DNA of 64,000 nt from an uncultured Alphaproteobacteria bacterium (GTDB lineage: Bacteria > Pseudomonadota > Alphaproteobacteria > Rhizobiales > Hyphomicrobiaceae), in the NCBI GenBank assembly GCA_963795225.1, contig CAWCHB010000019.1, positions 49,981 to 113,980 of the forward strand, written 5' to 3'. The translations under genes and the position numbers were made by a program. Of the stretch, positions 19,882-32,909 are shown piece by piece (the first letter of the stretch is position 1; each line of letters begins with the position of its first letter). The notes under the pieces are model-generated. The model saw nothing but the letters and a program-made list of their open reading frames with translations. It was not told the origin of the DNA and made no database searches.

Positions 19882-22769
19882 GCTTTGGCGCCCTCGCCTT
19901 CCTCAATCCCTGGCTACTCGCGGCGCTGGCGACGTTGCCGATCATCTATTGGCTGCTGCGCACCGTACCGCCGAGCCCGCACCAGGTTACCTTCCCGCCA
20001 ACGCGCATCCTCGTCGGGCTGGAGAACCAGGAGAAGACGCCGGCGGCGTCCCCGTGGTGGCTGACGCTGATCCGCCTGCTTGCCGCAGCACTCTTGATCT
20101 TCGCGCTCGCCGAGCCCGTGTTGAACCCTTCCCGCGGGGCCGCGCTCGATGGCTCGGGCCCGGTCGCCATCGTTATCGACAATGGTTGGGCGTCCGCCTC
20201 GCGATGGGACGAGCGCACGCGCATGGTCGATCGGATCATCTCCGAAGCCGAGAGCAAGAGCCGGCCCGTCGTCATCGTGCCGACAGCGAGCACGGCCAAG
20301 GTTTCCACCGCACGCATCGAGGCGCCGGCCGAGGCCCGCTCCACCGCCGCGGCGCTCAATCCGCAGCCATTCGCCCCCGACCGGCTCGCTGCCGTGAGCG
20401 CCCTCGAAGGGGCACTGGCCGGTGCCAAGGGTGCCAGCATCGTCTGGCTGAGCGATGACATCGACCACGACGGCAAGGCGGCGGATGTCGCTGCCAAGCT
20501 GCGCGAAATCGCGCAAGGCGGGACCTTCGCCGTCATCGAGGACGGCCGCGCGACCGAGCCGCTCGGCGTTGCTACAAGCATCGGGCAGAGCGGCAAACTC
20601 GAGGCGCGCGTACTGCGTCCGCATGGCGGCGCGCGTAGCGGCTTCGTGCACGCCATATCGACGCGCGGACAAAGCCTCGCCGAAACGCCATTCCAAATTT
20701 CCAACGGGGCCTCGGCGGCCACGGTATCTTTCGAATTGCCGCTCGAGTTGCGCAATCAGGTCGGCAGGGTCGAGATTGCCGGCGAGCGTTCGGCCGGCGC
20801 CGTCAGCCTTATCGACGCGCGCTCGCAGTGGCATCGCGTGGCGCTGATCTCGGGCGAGAACCTCGAGCAGGCGCAGCCGCTCCTCGCGCCGCTCTACTAC
20901 ATCGAGAAGGCGCTCAACCCGTACGCGGAGCTGATCAAGCCGAAGGGCTCCAATCTCGCCGCCGGCATTCAGGAGGCCCTGTCGCAGAACGCCAGCGTGC
21001 TCATGCTCGCCGACATCGGCACGCTATCGGGCGAAGCGGCCAAGCACGTCGAAGATTGGGTGAAGAAGGGCGGTGTGCTCGTGCGCTTTGCCGGCTCCCG
21101 CCTCGAGAACGGCGGCGACGAGCTGCTGCCCGTGCCGCTTCGCGTCGGCGGGCGGACACTTGGCGGCGCCCTGTCGTGGTCGACGCCGCAAAAGCTGGCG
21201 CCGATCGAGGATACCAGCCTCTTCGCCGGCACGCCCGTCCCGCCGGAGGTGACCGTCAGCCGCCAGGTCCTCGCCGATCCGGCGATGCTCGGTCCCGACG
21301 TGCACGTGTGGGCGCGGCTGCAGGACGGCACGCCCCTGGTCACAGAGCGCAAATTCGGCGAGGGGCAGATCATACTCTTTCACGTAACGGCCAACTCCGA
21401 TTGGTCCAACCTGCCGCTGTCCGGGCTGTTCGTCGAAATGCTGCGGCGAATCTCGGCGCTCGGATCCGGCGTCGCCGACGGCGGTGGAACCGGAAACGCG
21501 AACGATGCCGGAGCTCCGGACGCACCGAGCGTGCTGCCCCCGCTGCAGACGCTCGACGGTTTCGGCATCCTTGCACCGCCGCCGCCGACGGCGCAGCCGG
21601 TCAACGCAGCCAAGGTGCGCGATCTCGTGCCGAGCCTCGATCACCCGCCGGGATATTACGGCGCCGGCGGATCGCCGCATGCCGTCAACGTGCTCGGACC
21701 CAAGAGCACGATTGTGCCGCTGCCCGCGCTGCCAGCCGGCACCGAGCGCCTGAACTACGAGAGCGAAAGCGCGCACCCATTGAAGTCGTGGCTGCTGCTC
21801 GCCGCCCTGGCACTGCTGTTCGCCGACATTCTCGCCGTCATCCTCCTGCAGGCGGGTGGCTTCGCTCTGTGGCGCCGTACGCGACGCGGCACAGCGCACG
21901 CGTCGCTTGCCTTGGTCATCGCCGGCGCCGCCGCACTGTCGATCGCCGCGCCCGATGCTCAGGCACAGCCCGTCGATGTGACGGCGCCACCGGCGGGCGC
22001 CACCAGCACGCAGGCGGCCGACGAGCGGGCTATCGAAGCCACGAGCAAAGTCACCATCGGCTACGTCCTGACCGGCGACCAGAACGTCGACGAGATCAGC
22101 CGCCTCGGCCTCGATGGCCTTGGGCGCTTGCTCGCCGTGCGCACCGCGGTCGAGCCTGGCCGGCCGATGGGCGTCGACATCCTCAACGACGAGATCGCCT
22201 TCTACCCCGTGCTCTATTGGCCAGTGCTGCCCGACGCCAAGGCGCTGCCTGAGGCGACGCTGGCGAAGATCGACGCCTACATGAAGCAGGGCGGCCTCAT
22301 CATTTTCGATACGCAGGATTATGGGCGCGGTCTGAATGGCGGCGGCGCCCCCGGTGGCGGCAAGTCCGCACTACAGCGGATCATCGGCAAGCTCGATGTG
22401 CCGCGCCTCGAGCCGGTGCCGGAGAACCACGTGCTGACCAAGGCCTTCTATCTTCTTCGCAACTTCCCCGGACGCTGGGACGGCGGGCAGCTCTGGGTCG
22501 AGGCGCTCGAAGGCTCCACGCAGGACCAGGCACGCCGCGCGCGCGTCTCTGACGGCGTGACCTCGATTATCGTCACGCCCAACGACCTTGCGGCGGCGTG
22601 GGCGCTCGATGAGGGTGGCCGTCCACTCTATCCGACGGTCGGCGGCGGCGAGGACCAACGAGAGATGGCCTTCCGCACCGGCATCAACATCGTCATGCAC
22701 GCGCTGACCGGCAACTACAAAGCCGACCAGGTGCACGTGCCGGCACTGCTCGAACGGCTCGGGCAATGA
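19878..22769 (+). CDS. BatA N-terminal/DUF4159 domain membrane protein
   Basis: FLNPWLL..PIIYWLLR..FPP..PWWL N-terminus; C-terminal YPVLYWP, GINIVMHALTGNYKADQVH. Confidence 0.88.
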   Translation: MSFGALAFLNPWLLAALATLPIIYWLLRTVPPSPHQVTFPPTRILVGLENQEKTPAASPWWLTLIRLLAAALLIFALAEPVLNPSRGAALDGSGPVAIVIDNGWASASRWDERTRMVDRIISEAESKSRPVVIVPTASTAKVSTARIEAPAEARSTAAALNPQPFAPDRLAAVSALEGALAGAKGASIVWLSDDIDHDGKAADVAAKLREIAQGGTFAVIEDGRATEPLGVATSIGQSGKLEARVLRPHGGARSGFVHAISTRGQSLAETPFQISNGASAATVSFELPLELRNQVGRVEIAGERSAGAVSLIDARSQWHRVALISGENLEQAQPLLAPLYYIEKALNPYAELIKPKGSNLAAGIQEALSQNASVLMLADIGTLSGEAAKHVEDWVKKGGVLVRFAGSRLENGGDELLPVPLRVGGRTLGGALSWSTPQKLAPIEDTSLFAGTPVPPEVTVSRQVLADPAMLGPDVHVWARLQDGTPLVTERKFGEGQIILFHVTANSDWSNLPLSGLFVEMLRRISALGSGVADGGGTGNANDAGAPDAPSVLPPLQTLDGFGILAPPPPTAQPVNAAKVRDLVPSLDHPPGYYGAGGSPHAVNVLGPKSTIVPLPALPAGTERLNYESESAHPLKSWLLLAALALLFADILAVILLQAGGFALWRRTRRGTAHASLALVIAGAAALSIAAPDAQAQPVDVTAPPAGATSTQAADERAIEATSKVTIGYVLTGDQNVDEISRLGLDGLGRLLAVRTAVEPGRPMGVDILNDEIAFYPVLYWPVLPDAKALPEATLAKIDAYMKQGGLIIFDTQDYGRGLNGGGAPGGGKSALQRIIGKLDVPRLEPVPENHVLTKAFYLLRNFPGRWDGGQLWVEALEGSTQDQARRARVSDGVTSIIVTPNDLAAAWALDEGGRPLYPTVGGGEDQREMAFRTGINIVMHALTGNYKADQVHVPALLERLGQ

Positions 22770-22827
22770 GGCGGGTGGAACAGTGAACCATGTGCCCAAC
22801 ATCGCTGCTCGGCCAGCGCGCTCTCTT

Positions 22828-22929
22828 ACCCTCCCCCCTTGCGGGGGAGGGTCAGGGTTGGGGGTGTCCACGACATTGGACGTGATGCCCCACCCCCTCC
22901 CCAACCCTCCCCCGTCAAGGGGGAGGGAG
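22828..22929. repeat. Palindromic intergenic repeat of the alphaproteobacterial CCCTCCCC/GGGGAGGG type
   Basis: Two CCCTCCCC..GGGGAGGG hairpins nested in an outer inverted repeat (GGTTGGGGGTG / CACCCCCTCCCCAACC). Confidence 0.7.
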
Positions 22930-22964
22930 GAGTGGTTTACTGCCGCTGATCGGACGATACGAGC

Positions 22965-25091
22965 ATGAACTGGTCGATCGATTTTGCCCCCATGCTGCCG
23001 GCGCCGTTCTTCTGGGCGGCAGGCACGCTCGCCGTCGTGCTCATCGGCTATCTGCTCTATCGTCGCTCGCGCGGAGCGCTGCTGCGCGCCGCCGCCATCG
23101 CCGCCGTTCTCGCCGCGCTCGCCAATCCGACATTGCGCGAGGAGCAGCGCGAGAGCCTTGCCAACGTCGCCATCGTCATCGTCGACGAAAGCGCCAGCCA
23201 GACCCTGGGCGACCGCAAGGCGCAGACCGCCGCGGTGAAGGCCGACCTCGAAGCCAAGCTCGGCAAGATCCCAAATCTCACCGTCAAGTGGGTCTCGGCT
23301 TCCCGTCCCGGCGACATGACCTCGCCCGGCACGCACTTATTCGCCGACCTCAACAAGGCGCTGGCCGACACGCCGCCCGACCGCCTGGCCGGCGTCGTCA
23401 TGATCACCGACGGCGAAGTGCAAGATGTCCCGAAGTCCGCCACGGCGCTCGGCTTCGATGCGCCGGTGCATGCGCTCGTCACCGGCGCACCCGACGAGTT
23501 CGACCGCCGTATCGAGGTGCTGTCGGCGCCGCGTTACGGCATCGTCGGCCAGTCGCGCGAGATCGAGGTCGCCGTTCGCGAAGCCGGCAAGAAGGCGGAC
23601 GCGGTCGGTCAGCCGCTCACCTTGAGCGTGCGCCGCGAAGGCCGACCCGACGAGCAGATCACCACGACGGTGAACGCCCCCGTCAAGATCGAGATGCCGT
23701 TCCCGCACGCCGGGCAGAACATCCTCGAGGTGGACCTCGACACCGCTCCGGGAGAGCTGACACCCGCCAACAATCGCGCCGTCATTGCCGCCGAAGGCGT
23801 GCGTGAGAATCTGCGCGTGCTGCTCGTCTCCGGTGAGCCGCACGCCGGCGAGCGCACCTGGCGCAACCTGCTGAAGTCAGACGCCGCCGTCGACCTCGTG
23901 CACTTCACTATCTTGCGGCCGCCCGAGAAGCACGACGGCACGCCGATCAATCAGTTGTCGCTGATCGCTTTCCCGACGCGCGAGCTGTTTTCGGAAAAGA
24001 TCAACGACTTCGACCTGATCATCTTCGACCGCTACCAGCACCGCGGCCTGCTGCAGTTGCCGTACTACGACAATATCGCGCGCTACGTGGAAGAGCACGG
24101 CGGCGCATTGTTGGTTGCCGCCGGCGACGACTACGCCGGCAACCTCAGCCTGTTCCGCACGCCGCTATCACCGGTGCTGCCGGCCATCCCGACGGGACGC
24201 GTGCTGTCACAGCCATTCAAGGCGAAGCTCACCGGCGATGGGCGCAAGCACCCGGTCACGCGGGGACTGACCGGCGCCGGTGCCCCCAACGGACAGCCGA
24301 CGTGGGGCCGCTGGTTCCGCCAGGTCGAGGTGCAGCCCGAGCATGGCCGCACGCTTATGGACGGCGCCGAGAACGAGCCGCTGCTGGTACTCGATCACAA
24401 GGGCAAGGGGCGCGTCGCGCTTCTTACCTCCGACCAAGCGTGGCTGTGGGCGCGCGGCTACGAAGGTGGCGGCCCGCACAGCGATCTGCTGCGCCGCCTG
24501 TCGCACTGGCTGATGAAGGAACCCGACCTCGAGGAAGAGCGGCTCATCGCCTCCGCGCGAGGCCTGCACCTGACGCTCGAGCGCCGTTCGATGGCGGAGA
24601 AGGTGCCGCCCGTCACACTGTCGGGACCGGGCGGGGAAACCTCCGAGGTGAAGCTGGAGCCGGCCGGCGCCGGCATCTGGCGCGCTTCTGTCGACGTAAA
24701 AATTCCCGGCCTCTACAAAGCGCAGACTCGTACGGACGAGGGCGAGCTGCAGGCCGTCGCGCATGCGGGCATCGACGACCCCATCGAGATGAGCGAGGTC
24801 ACGGCGACCACCGCCAAGCTGCAGCCGATCGCCGACGCCACGGGCGGCGGCACGTTCTGGATGAGCGCGTCGGCGGAAGCGACGCGCGCCAATCCCGCAT
24901 CGGTCGACATGCCGCGCGTGTCGATGCTGTCGAACGCCAAGGTTCTGGCGGGGTCGGGCTGGATGGGCCTGAAGGACCGCGAGGCGTTCGTCACCCGCGG
25001 CGTCAAGCTGACGCCGATGTTCACCGGACTGTCGGCGCTGGCCATGCTGCTGCTGCTCGTCTCGCTCGCCTGGTGGCGCGAAGGCCGCTAG
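22965..25091 (+). CDS. Membrane protein of the MoxR operon (vWA-like and glutamine-amidotransferase-like domains)
   Basis: VDESASQ, ITDG, LRVLLVSGEPHAGERTWRNLLKSD.AVDLVHFTILRPPEK. Confidence 0.85.
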   Translation: MNWSIDFAPMLPAPFFWAAGTLAVVLIGYLLYRRSRGALLRAAAIAAVLAALANPTLREEQRESLANVAIVIVDESASQTLGDRKAQTAAVKADLEAKLGKIPNLTVKWVSASRPGDMTSPGTHLFADLNKALADTPPDRLAGVVMITDGEVQDVPKSATALGFDAPVHALVTGAPDEFDRRIEVLSAPRYGIVGQSREIEVAVREAGKKADAVGQPLTLSVRREGRPDEQITTTVNAPVKIEMPFPHAGQNILEVDLDTAPGELTPANNRAVIAAEGVRENLRVLLVSGEPHAGERTWRNLLKSDAAVDLVHFTILRPPEKHDGTPINQLSLIAFPTRELFSEKINDFDLIIFDRYQHRGLLQLPYYDNIARYVEEHGGALLVAAGDDYAGNLSLFRTPLSPVLPAIPTGRVLSQPFKAKLTGDGRKHPVTRGLTGAGAPNGQPTWGRWFRQVEVQPEHGRTLMDGAENEPLLVLDHKGKGRVALLTSDQAWLWARGYEGGGPHSDLLRRLSHWLMKEPDLEEERLIASARGLHLTLERRSMAEKVPPVTLSGPGGETSEVKLEPAGAGIWRASVDVKIPGLYKAQTRTDEGELQAVAHAGIDDPIEMSEVTATTAKLQPIADATGGGTFWMSASAEATRANPASVDMPRVSMLSNAKVLAGSGWMGLKDREAFVTRGVKLTPMFTGLSALAMLLLLVSLAWWREGR

Positions 25092-25105
25092 GGCTGCCGG
25101 TGATA

Positions 25106-25268
25106 CCGTCATTCCGCTGAAGAGCGGGATCCACGCCAGGTTCAGCAGTCTCTTCTGCCAAAGGAGGCTTCGAGTTTCCCCACCTTGTTCAGCGAAGAGT
25201 TGCGGAGACTTGCGTGGATCCCGGCCGTCCATGCGAAGCATGGCTCCGCCATGACGCCGGGATGACGG
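25106..25268. repeat. REP-like palindromic element (GTCATTCC...GGATGAC type)
   Basis: CCGTCATTCCG..CGGGATCCA left end; TGGATCCCGG..CCGGGATGACGG right end. Confidence 0.65.
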
Positions 25269-25348
25269 AAGCGAGGTTCCTTGCCGCGGTCGGACGACGG
25301 GCGCACAGTCCCCGCATTCGAATCGAATCATTTGCGGGAGGGCAGACT

Positions 25349-25735
25349 ATGGACACGTCGCTGTTTCTTGCCCGGCTGATCGGGCCCATTCTTGTCGTGC
25401 TGGCTATCGGGCTGCTCGTGCGTCAGGACTCTTGGCGCGCGATGGCGAGCGACTTCATCAGCAGCCAACCGCTGGTGTTCCTCACCGGATTCCTGACGCT
25501 GCTGGGCGGCCTCGCGCTCGTCAACACGCACAACGTCTGGGAGCTGGGCTGGCCGGTGATCATCACCATCTTTGGCTGGCTCTCGGTCATCGGCGGCGTG
25601 GCGCGCATGCTGTTCCCGGAAACCGTGATGGGCGTCGGCCAGAAGATGCTCGATAACAAAACGTATCTCACCATCGGCGGAGTGGGTGAGGGGCTGCTCG
25701 GCTTGTGGCTGTGTTACGTGGGCTACCTCGCCTGA
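25349..25735 (+). CDS. Small integral membrane protein
   Basis: Four hydrophobic helices; FLARLIGP, HNVW..GWPVIITIFGW; GGAGGG RBS. Confidence 0.8.
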   Translation: MDTSLFLARLIGPILVVLAIGLLVRQDSWRAMASDFISSQPLVFLTGFLTLLGGLALVNTHNVWELGWPVIITIFGWLSVIGGVARMLFPETVMGVGQKMLDNKTYLTIGGVGEGLLGLWLCYVGYLA

Positions 25736-25781
25736 TGCCGTAGCCGACTTGCGTGCGCCGTCGCGGCGGCGCACACTACAC

Positions 25782-28592
<2,811 letters not shown>

Positions 28593-28627
28593 GCGCAGCA
28601 AGCGCGCGCACGTGCACCGGGGGAACA

Positions 28628-29053
28628 ATGCGACTGAGGGTCTATCAGTACGGGGAGCTGTTCGGCATCGTGCTGCTGCTTGCGTCGACCGCGATGCAGC
28701 TTTTCTATCTGGAGCCGTTGAAGCGCGAGATCGAGTGGCGGCTCGTCGCCTTCAACACGCAGCAGTCGGCGCAGATCCAATTGCGCGCCGTCTACGACAA
28801 CCAGGTGGCCCTGCTGAAGCTGATGAACGCGCCGGCCGAGCAGGTGACGGCCACCGAAGCCAAGCGCGACGATACGCTCGCGCAGTACAAGAACTCCGAC
28901 GCCAACATCGCCGACTTCATGATCGCCAAGGAGGGTGTGGAAAACTACCTGGAGGTGATCGTCATCGCGCTGTTCGCGCTCGGCTCGCTGATGGCCGGCC
29001 TTGGCCGCGCGCTGGAGATGTCCGCCGCCCGCAACGCGGCGGGGGAAGGCTGA
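28628..29053 (+). CDS. Hypothetical membrane protein
   Basis: Two TM segments, typical codon usage. Confidence 0.7.
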   Translation: MRLRVYQYGELFGIVLLLASTAMQLFYLEPLKREIEWRLVAFNTQQSAQIQLRAVYDNQVALLKLMNAPAEQVTATEAKRDDTLAQYKNSDANIADFMIAKEGVENYLEVIVIALFALGSLMAGLGRALEMSAARNAAGEG

Positions 29054-29178
29054 GCCGCCACATCCGTACCGGGAAATTCAGGTTGCATAACATCGCTTGC
29101 CGACAAGAGCGCGCAGCCGAATCGGTGGATAGTCCGCCGCTTGGGGGCGCGTTGGCGCCTTGCTAGCTGGGGCCGCAT

Positions 29179-30288
29179 GTGGGCCGCACTATTTTCAGTT
29201 TGACGGTAGCGATGTTGCTGGCAGCCGCTGCGCCGGTTGCAACTTCTGCTGCCGACGTGTCCGAGGAGATTCTCGCCAAGGGCATCGAGGCCTACCAGGC
29301 GGGAAAACTCGAGCCGGCCATCGGTGGTATCAATGCGGCGCTGCGCGGCAGACTTCCAGCCGCACAGATGGCACGTGCCTACTACTATCGCGGGCTCGCC
29401 TACCGCAAGCAAGGCAACCCCGGACGAGCCATCTCTGACTTCGGCATCGCACTCGATTATCCCGGACTGACGGATGCCGAGCGCTCGGACGTGCAGGAGA
29501 GCCGCGAGGCGGCTTATCGGGAAGCCGGAATTTCCGAAGGCGAGCGCGTGGTGGTGGCGACTGCGCGCGAGACCAGCGTTGCTCCGCTTGCCCCGGAGAC
29601 GGCAGGGCTATCGTTCCAAACAAGCACCATCGTCACGACCGGTGCGGTGAGTGCGCCGCAGCCTCCCGCGAAGCCAGCTCCAACCCCAACGCCAACGACG
29701 AGCGGCTGGGGCGGCAGCGCAAAAACCGCGGCCGTAGCGCCTTCGCCATCCAACCCTCCAAAAGATCTACCGCGGCCTGCTTCCAGGCCGTGGACCGACA
29801 GTGAGACGATTGATGTCACGCCGCTACCGGCGGTCGCGCCAACCAAAGCCAGCTCCCGGCCGGTGCCGCAGAGCGCGGTTGCCGCAACACAGCTTGCGGT
29901 AGCCGCTCCACCGCCGCCTCTGGCCAAGCCCCGGGAGGCGCCCGCCGCCCAGCCGTTGCCGCCCTTCGTCACGCAAGTGGCCGCCATCACCCCGGCACTG
30001 CCTGTCGCAACGGCAGCGCCCCCCGTAGTTCCACAGGCGGTCCCCCCGCCGGTACATATTGTGGTGGGCGAGGTGCGCTCGCCCAGTGAGGCGTTCGCGC
30101 TTTCCATACGCCTGATCTCCCAGCGCGGTGCGGCGCTCGGCCCACGCAAGCCGGAAATCATGCACGCGACGATGGCCAATGGAGAGATCTTATATCGCCT
30201 GCGTCTCGGCCCCTACGCCGCTGCGAGCGACGCGCTGGCGATGTGTCAGTCGCTGCGCGACAGCGGCTATGCGTGCATCACCCAGTAG
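29179..30288 (+). CDS. TPR + SPOR domain exported protein
   Basis: ARAYYYRGLAY TPR, Pro/Ala linker, C-terminal YRLRLGPY...AMCQSL..SGYAC. Confidence 0.78.
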   Translation: MGRTIFSLTVAMLLAAAAPVATSAADVSEEILAKGIEAYQAGKLEPAIGGINAALRGRLPAAQMARAYYYRGLAYRKQGNPGRAISDFGIALDYPGLTDAERSDVQESREAAYREAGISEGERVVVATARETSVAPLAPETAGLSFQTSTIVTTGAVSAPQPPAKPAPTPTPTTSGWGGSAKTAAVAPSPSNPPKDLPRPASRPWTDSETIDVTPLPAVAPTKASSRPVPQSAVAATQLAVAAPPPPLAKPREAPAAQPLPPFVTQVAAITPALPVATAAPPVVPQAVPPPVHIVVGEVRSPSEAFALSIRLISQRGAALGPRKPEIMHATMANGEILYRLRLGPYAAASDALAMCQSLRDSGYACITQ

Positions 30289-30341
30289 CGACTAGATTTC
30301 CAAGATCGCCGTCCACCGCATTCCCGCCGGCACCACGTCGC

Positions 30342-30614
30342 CTAGCGCACGCCGAAGCGCATCTCGGAGCGCGCCTTCGCCTTTGCCGCCTCGGTTTCGC
30401 GGTCGCGCGGCGGCGCCATGGTCACCAGCGATGACAACAGCTCCTCGGCCGCCGCGGTTACCTGCTCGATGGCGCGGTTGAACGCCGCGGCGTTGGCCTG
30501 CGAGGGGGCGTTCATGCCGGACAGCTTGCGCACGAACTGCAGCGCCGAGGCGCGGATCTCGTCATCGGTCGCCGGCGGCGAGAAATTGTAGAGCGTCTTG
30601 ATGTTGCGGCACAT
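30342..30614 (-). CDS. DUF2277 family protein
   Basis: MCRNIKTLYNF.PPATDDEIRASALQFVRKLSG. Confidence 0.88.
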   Translation of the reverse strand: MCRNIKTLYNFSPPATDDEIRASALQFVRKLSGMNAPSQANAAAFNRAIEQVTAAAEELLSSLVTMAPPRDRETEAAKAKARSEMRFGVR

Positions 30615-30795
30615 GGGGCACTCCCTGCGTGAGGGTCCTCAAGTCTGCCTCATCCTAGCAAAGCTGCCGGGCCGGGATCATGACGCAGCGCAGCACAAGG
30701 AATTTGTGGGCAGACGCGCGGGGCTCTGGCAACCTCGAAGCGGCGCGCACGGAGCATTCAGCGCGCCGAACATTGCCGCTCGAGGAGTTTTTATT

Positions 30796-31101
30796 ATGAA
30801 GGCATTGCGCATCATCGGCTATATCGTGGGCACCCTCTTCCTCGCGCTTGCCGTCCTTATCGGTGTCGCGACCTACCTTGATTACGTCGACCCGCCCAAG
30901 CCGGGGCAACTCAGCCAGACCATGTCGGCCGGCGGCAAGACGGTGCATTTCGTCCCCAAGGGAGCCGTGTCGTACACGGCGTCCAACGAGGGCGACACGA
31001 TCCTGCTCAACGGCAAACCACTGGATCTTTCGGGTGGCGACGTGTTCACGGTCGAAATCGCCGCCGACGGAACGCCCACCCTGCGGCCCGGCAAACCATA
31101 G
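30796..31101 (+). CDS. Small membrane-anchored hypothetical protein
   Basis: GAGGAG RBS, N-terminal TM. Confidence 0.65.
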   Translation: MKALRIIGYIVGTLFLALAVLIGVATYLDYVDPPKPGQLSQTMSAGGKTVHFVPKGAVSYTASNEGDTILLNGKPLDLSGGDVFTVEIAADGTPTLRPGKP

Positions 31102-31109
31102 CCGCGCGA

Positions 31110-31613
31110 CTACGCCCGGACCGCTGCCAGAGCCGGCGGATGGAAGCGCTGCACCGCGCGCCAGCCCGCCCACACGAAGGCGGCGAGCACCGCTGCCTGG
31201 GCGATGAGGAAGGGCGGCTCCGACTGCGTCGGCGCCAGATCGAATAGCTCGGGCAGCTTCTGGAAAGACTGCACGACGAGGACGAAGCAGTTGAGCCACA
31301 GGGCGGCAACCGCGGTCGTCACATAGATCCAGCGCCAGTGCCCGGCGAGATGGAAAGCGTAGAGGCCGGCAAAGGCGGGGATCAGCAGCACCGTCGAGAC
31401 GATGCCTGTCCCCAGCGCCGGCGTGAATGATGCGATGGGAAACATGAAGCCGGTGATGGTCGTCAGCGCGGTTGTCGCCAGGAATACGTGCGTCACCCAG
31501 TCGGGCGACTCGCCGCGCAGCATGGCGACGAGGGCGATCAGTCCGGTGACGATGGCGCCGATGCTGATGAGCGTATGCAGCAGCACGAACGATTCGAACG
31601 ACAGTCCCAGCAT
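31110..31613 (-). CDS. Hypothetical integral membrane protein
   Basis: LHTLIS, TGFMFP, VVQSFQKLP.L..LAPTQSEPPF. Confidence 0.75.
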   Translation of the reverse strand: MLGLSFESFVLLHTLISIGAIVTGLIALVAMLRGESPDWVTHVFLATTALTTITGFMFPIASFTPALGTGIVSTVLLIPAFAGLYAFHLAGHWRWIYVTTAVAALWLNCFVLVVQSFQKLPELFDLAPTQSEPPFLIAQAAVLAAFVWAGWRAVQRFHPPALAAVRA

Positions 31614-31719
31614 CCTCATCCCCCGATGGCGTCGGCTACGGCTTCGCGCCTCTCCCCGGCGCGAACTCAGGCTATAACAGTATCGAAGTTTCGACACCTG
31701 CAGAAAGGGCGCGCCGTTG

Positions 31720-32178
31720 ATGAAAAAGCAGGCGGAAGATATCGATGGCTACATCGCCACCCAGCCGGCGCCCGTGCGCCCGGTTCTGGAAAAGCTGCGC
31801 CGCGTGATCGGCAAGGCGATACCCGCCGCGGCCGAGGCCATCTCCTACGGCATGCCGGCGTTCAAGCTGGACGGCCGCGTCGTCGTCTACTTCGCAGCAT
31901 GGAAGCAACATACCGCGCTCTACCCTGGCAGCGCCCAGACGTTCGCCACCTTCAAGGACGAGGTCGCCGGCTACGCGACGAGCAAGGGCACGCTGCAGTT
32001 CCCGCTCGGGGAGCCACTGCCCGTCAAGTTGATCGCGGCGATCGCCAAGCACCGCGCCAAGGAAGTGGGCGAGATAAACAAGGCGCGTCCCGTGCGGAAG
32101 CCGGCGTCGGCCGGCAAGAGCAAGCCAGCGAGGCGGCCCGGCCCTAGGACCAGGGCCAAGGCGGTGAGGCAGCGCTAG
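31720..32178 (+). CDS. DUF1801 (YdhG-like) protein
   Basis: IDGYIA, EAISYGMPAF, YFAAWKQH.ALYP, KGTLQFP. Confidence 0.85.
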   Translation: MKKQAEDIDGYIATQPAPVRPVLEKLRRVIGKAIPAAAEAISYGMPAFKLDGRVVVYFAAWKQHTALYPGSAQTFATFKDEVAGYATSKGTLQFPLGEPLPVKLIAAIAKHRAKEVGEINKARPVRKPASAGKSKPARRPGPRTRAKAVRQR

Positions 32179-32302
32179 CCGGCGCAAAACCGCCTCCTCC
32201 TCGAGTTGCGTGCCACCGCGCGGGCCCAAGTTGCACGCCCACCTTGATTTCGGCCAGAAGCCAGTGCACCGAGGGGATACCAAGAACCCCAGGGGACATC
32301 TG

Positions 32303-32854
32303 ATGTTTCGCAGCTTCGTCTTGACGGCACTGCTCGCCTCGACCGCCTTCGCATTCCCGGCGCCCAATGCCGAGGCGATTTCTGCCGCCCGCGAGATCGA
32401 CATGCGCGTCAACGAGACGCTGGACCGCTTCTTCTACAAGATTGGCGGCGCGCGTGAACTCGCCAACAAGTCCGTCGGCCTGCTCGTGTTTCCGTCGGTC
32501 GTGAAAGCCGGCATGGGCATCGGCGGCGAATACGGCGAAGGCGCGTTGCGGGTGCGCGGCGAGACGGTCGGCTACTACAATACCGTTTCGGCATCGATCG
32601 GCTTTCAGCTCGGCGTGCAGGAGCGCTCGGTCATCATCGCCTTCATGACCCCGCAGGCGCTCGACCAGTTCCGCCGCACGGCCGGCTGGAAGATCGGCGC
32701 CGACGCGTCCGTCGCCATCATCACCGTCGGCGTCGGCGGATCGATCGACACCAACAAGATCACGAGCCCCGTCGTCGGTTTCATCCTCGATCCGAAGGGC
32801 CTCATGTATAACCTGACGCTGGAAGGCTCGAAGATCTCGCGCATCAACCCCTGA
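32303..32854 (+). CDS. YSC84/SYLF lipid-binding family exported protein
   Basis: LVFPSVVKAG.GIGGEYGEGAL, SIGFQLG, GLMYNLTLEGSKI. Confidence 0.87.
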   Translation: MFRSFVLTALLASTAFAFPAPNAEAISAAREIDMRVNETLDRFFYKIGGARELANKSVGLLVFPSVVKAGMGIGGEYGEGALRVRGETVGYYNTVSASIGFQLGVQERSVIIAFMTPQALDQFRRTAGWKIGADASVAIITVGVGGSIDTNKITSPVVGFILDPKGLMYNLTLEGSKISRINP

Positions 32855-32909
32855 AACCGCGCCGTGCTAGGCTGATGCGCCGGTTGATGCCTGTCGTCGG
32901 ATGGAAATC

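Noticed and set aside
17907-25091. MoxR-DUF58-DUF4159 operon as a novel system
   Set aside because: Widely conserved arrangement in Alphaproteobacteria, including the divergent DUF1285 gene
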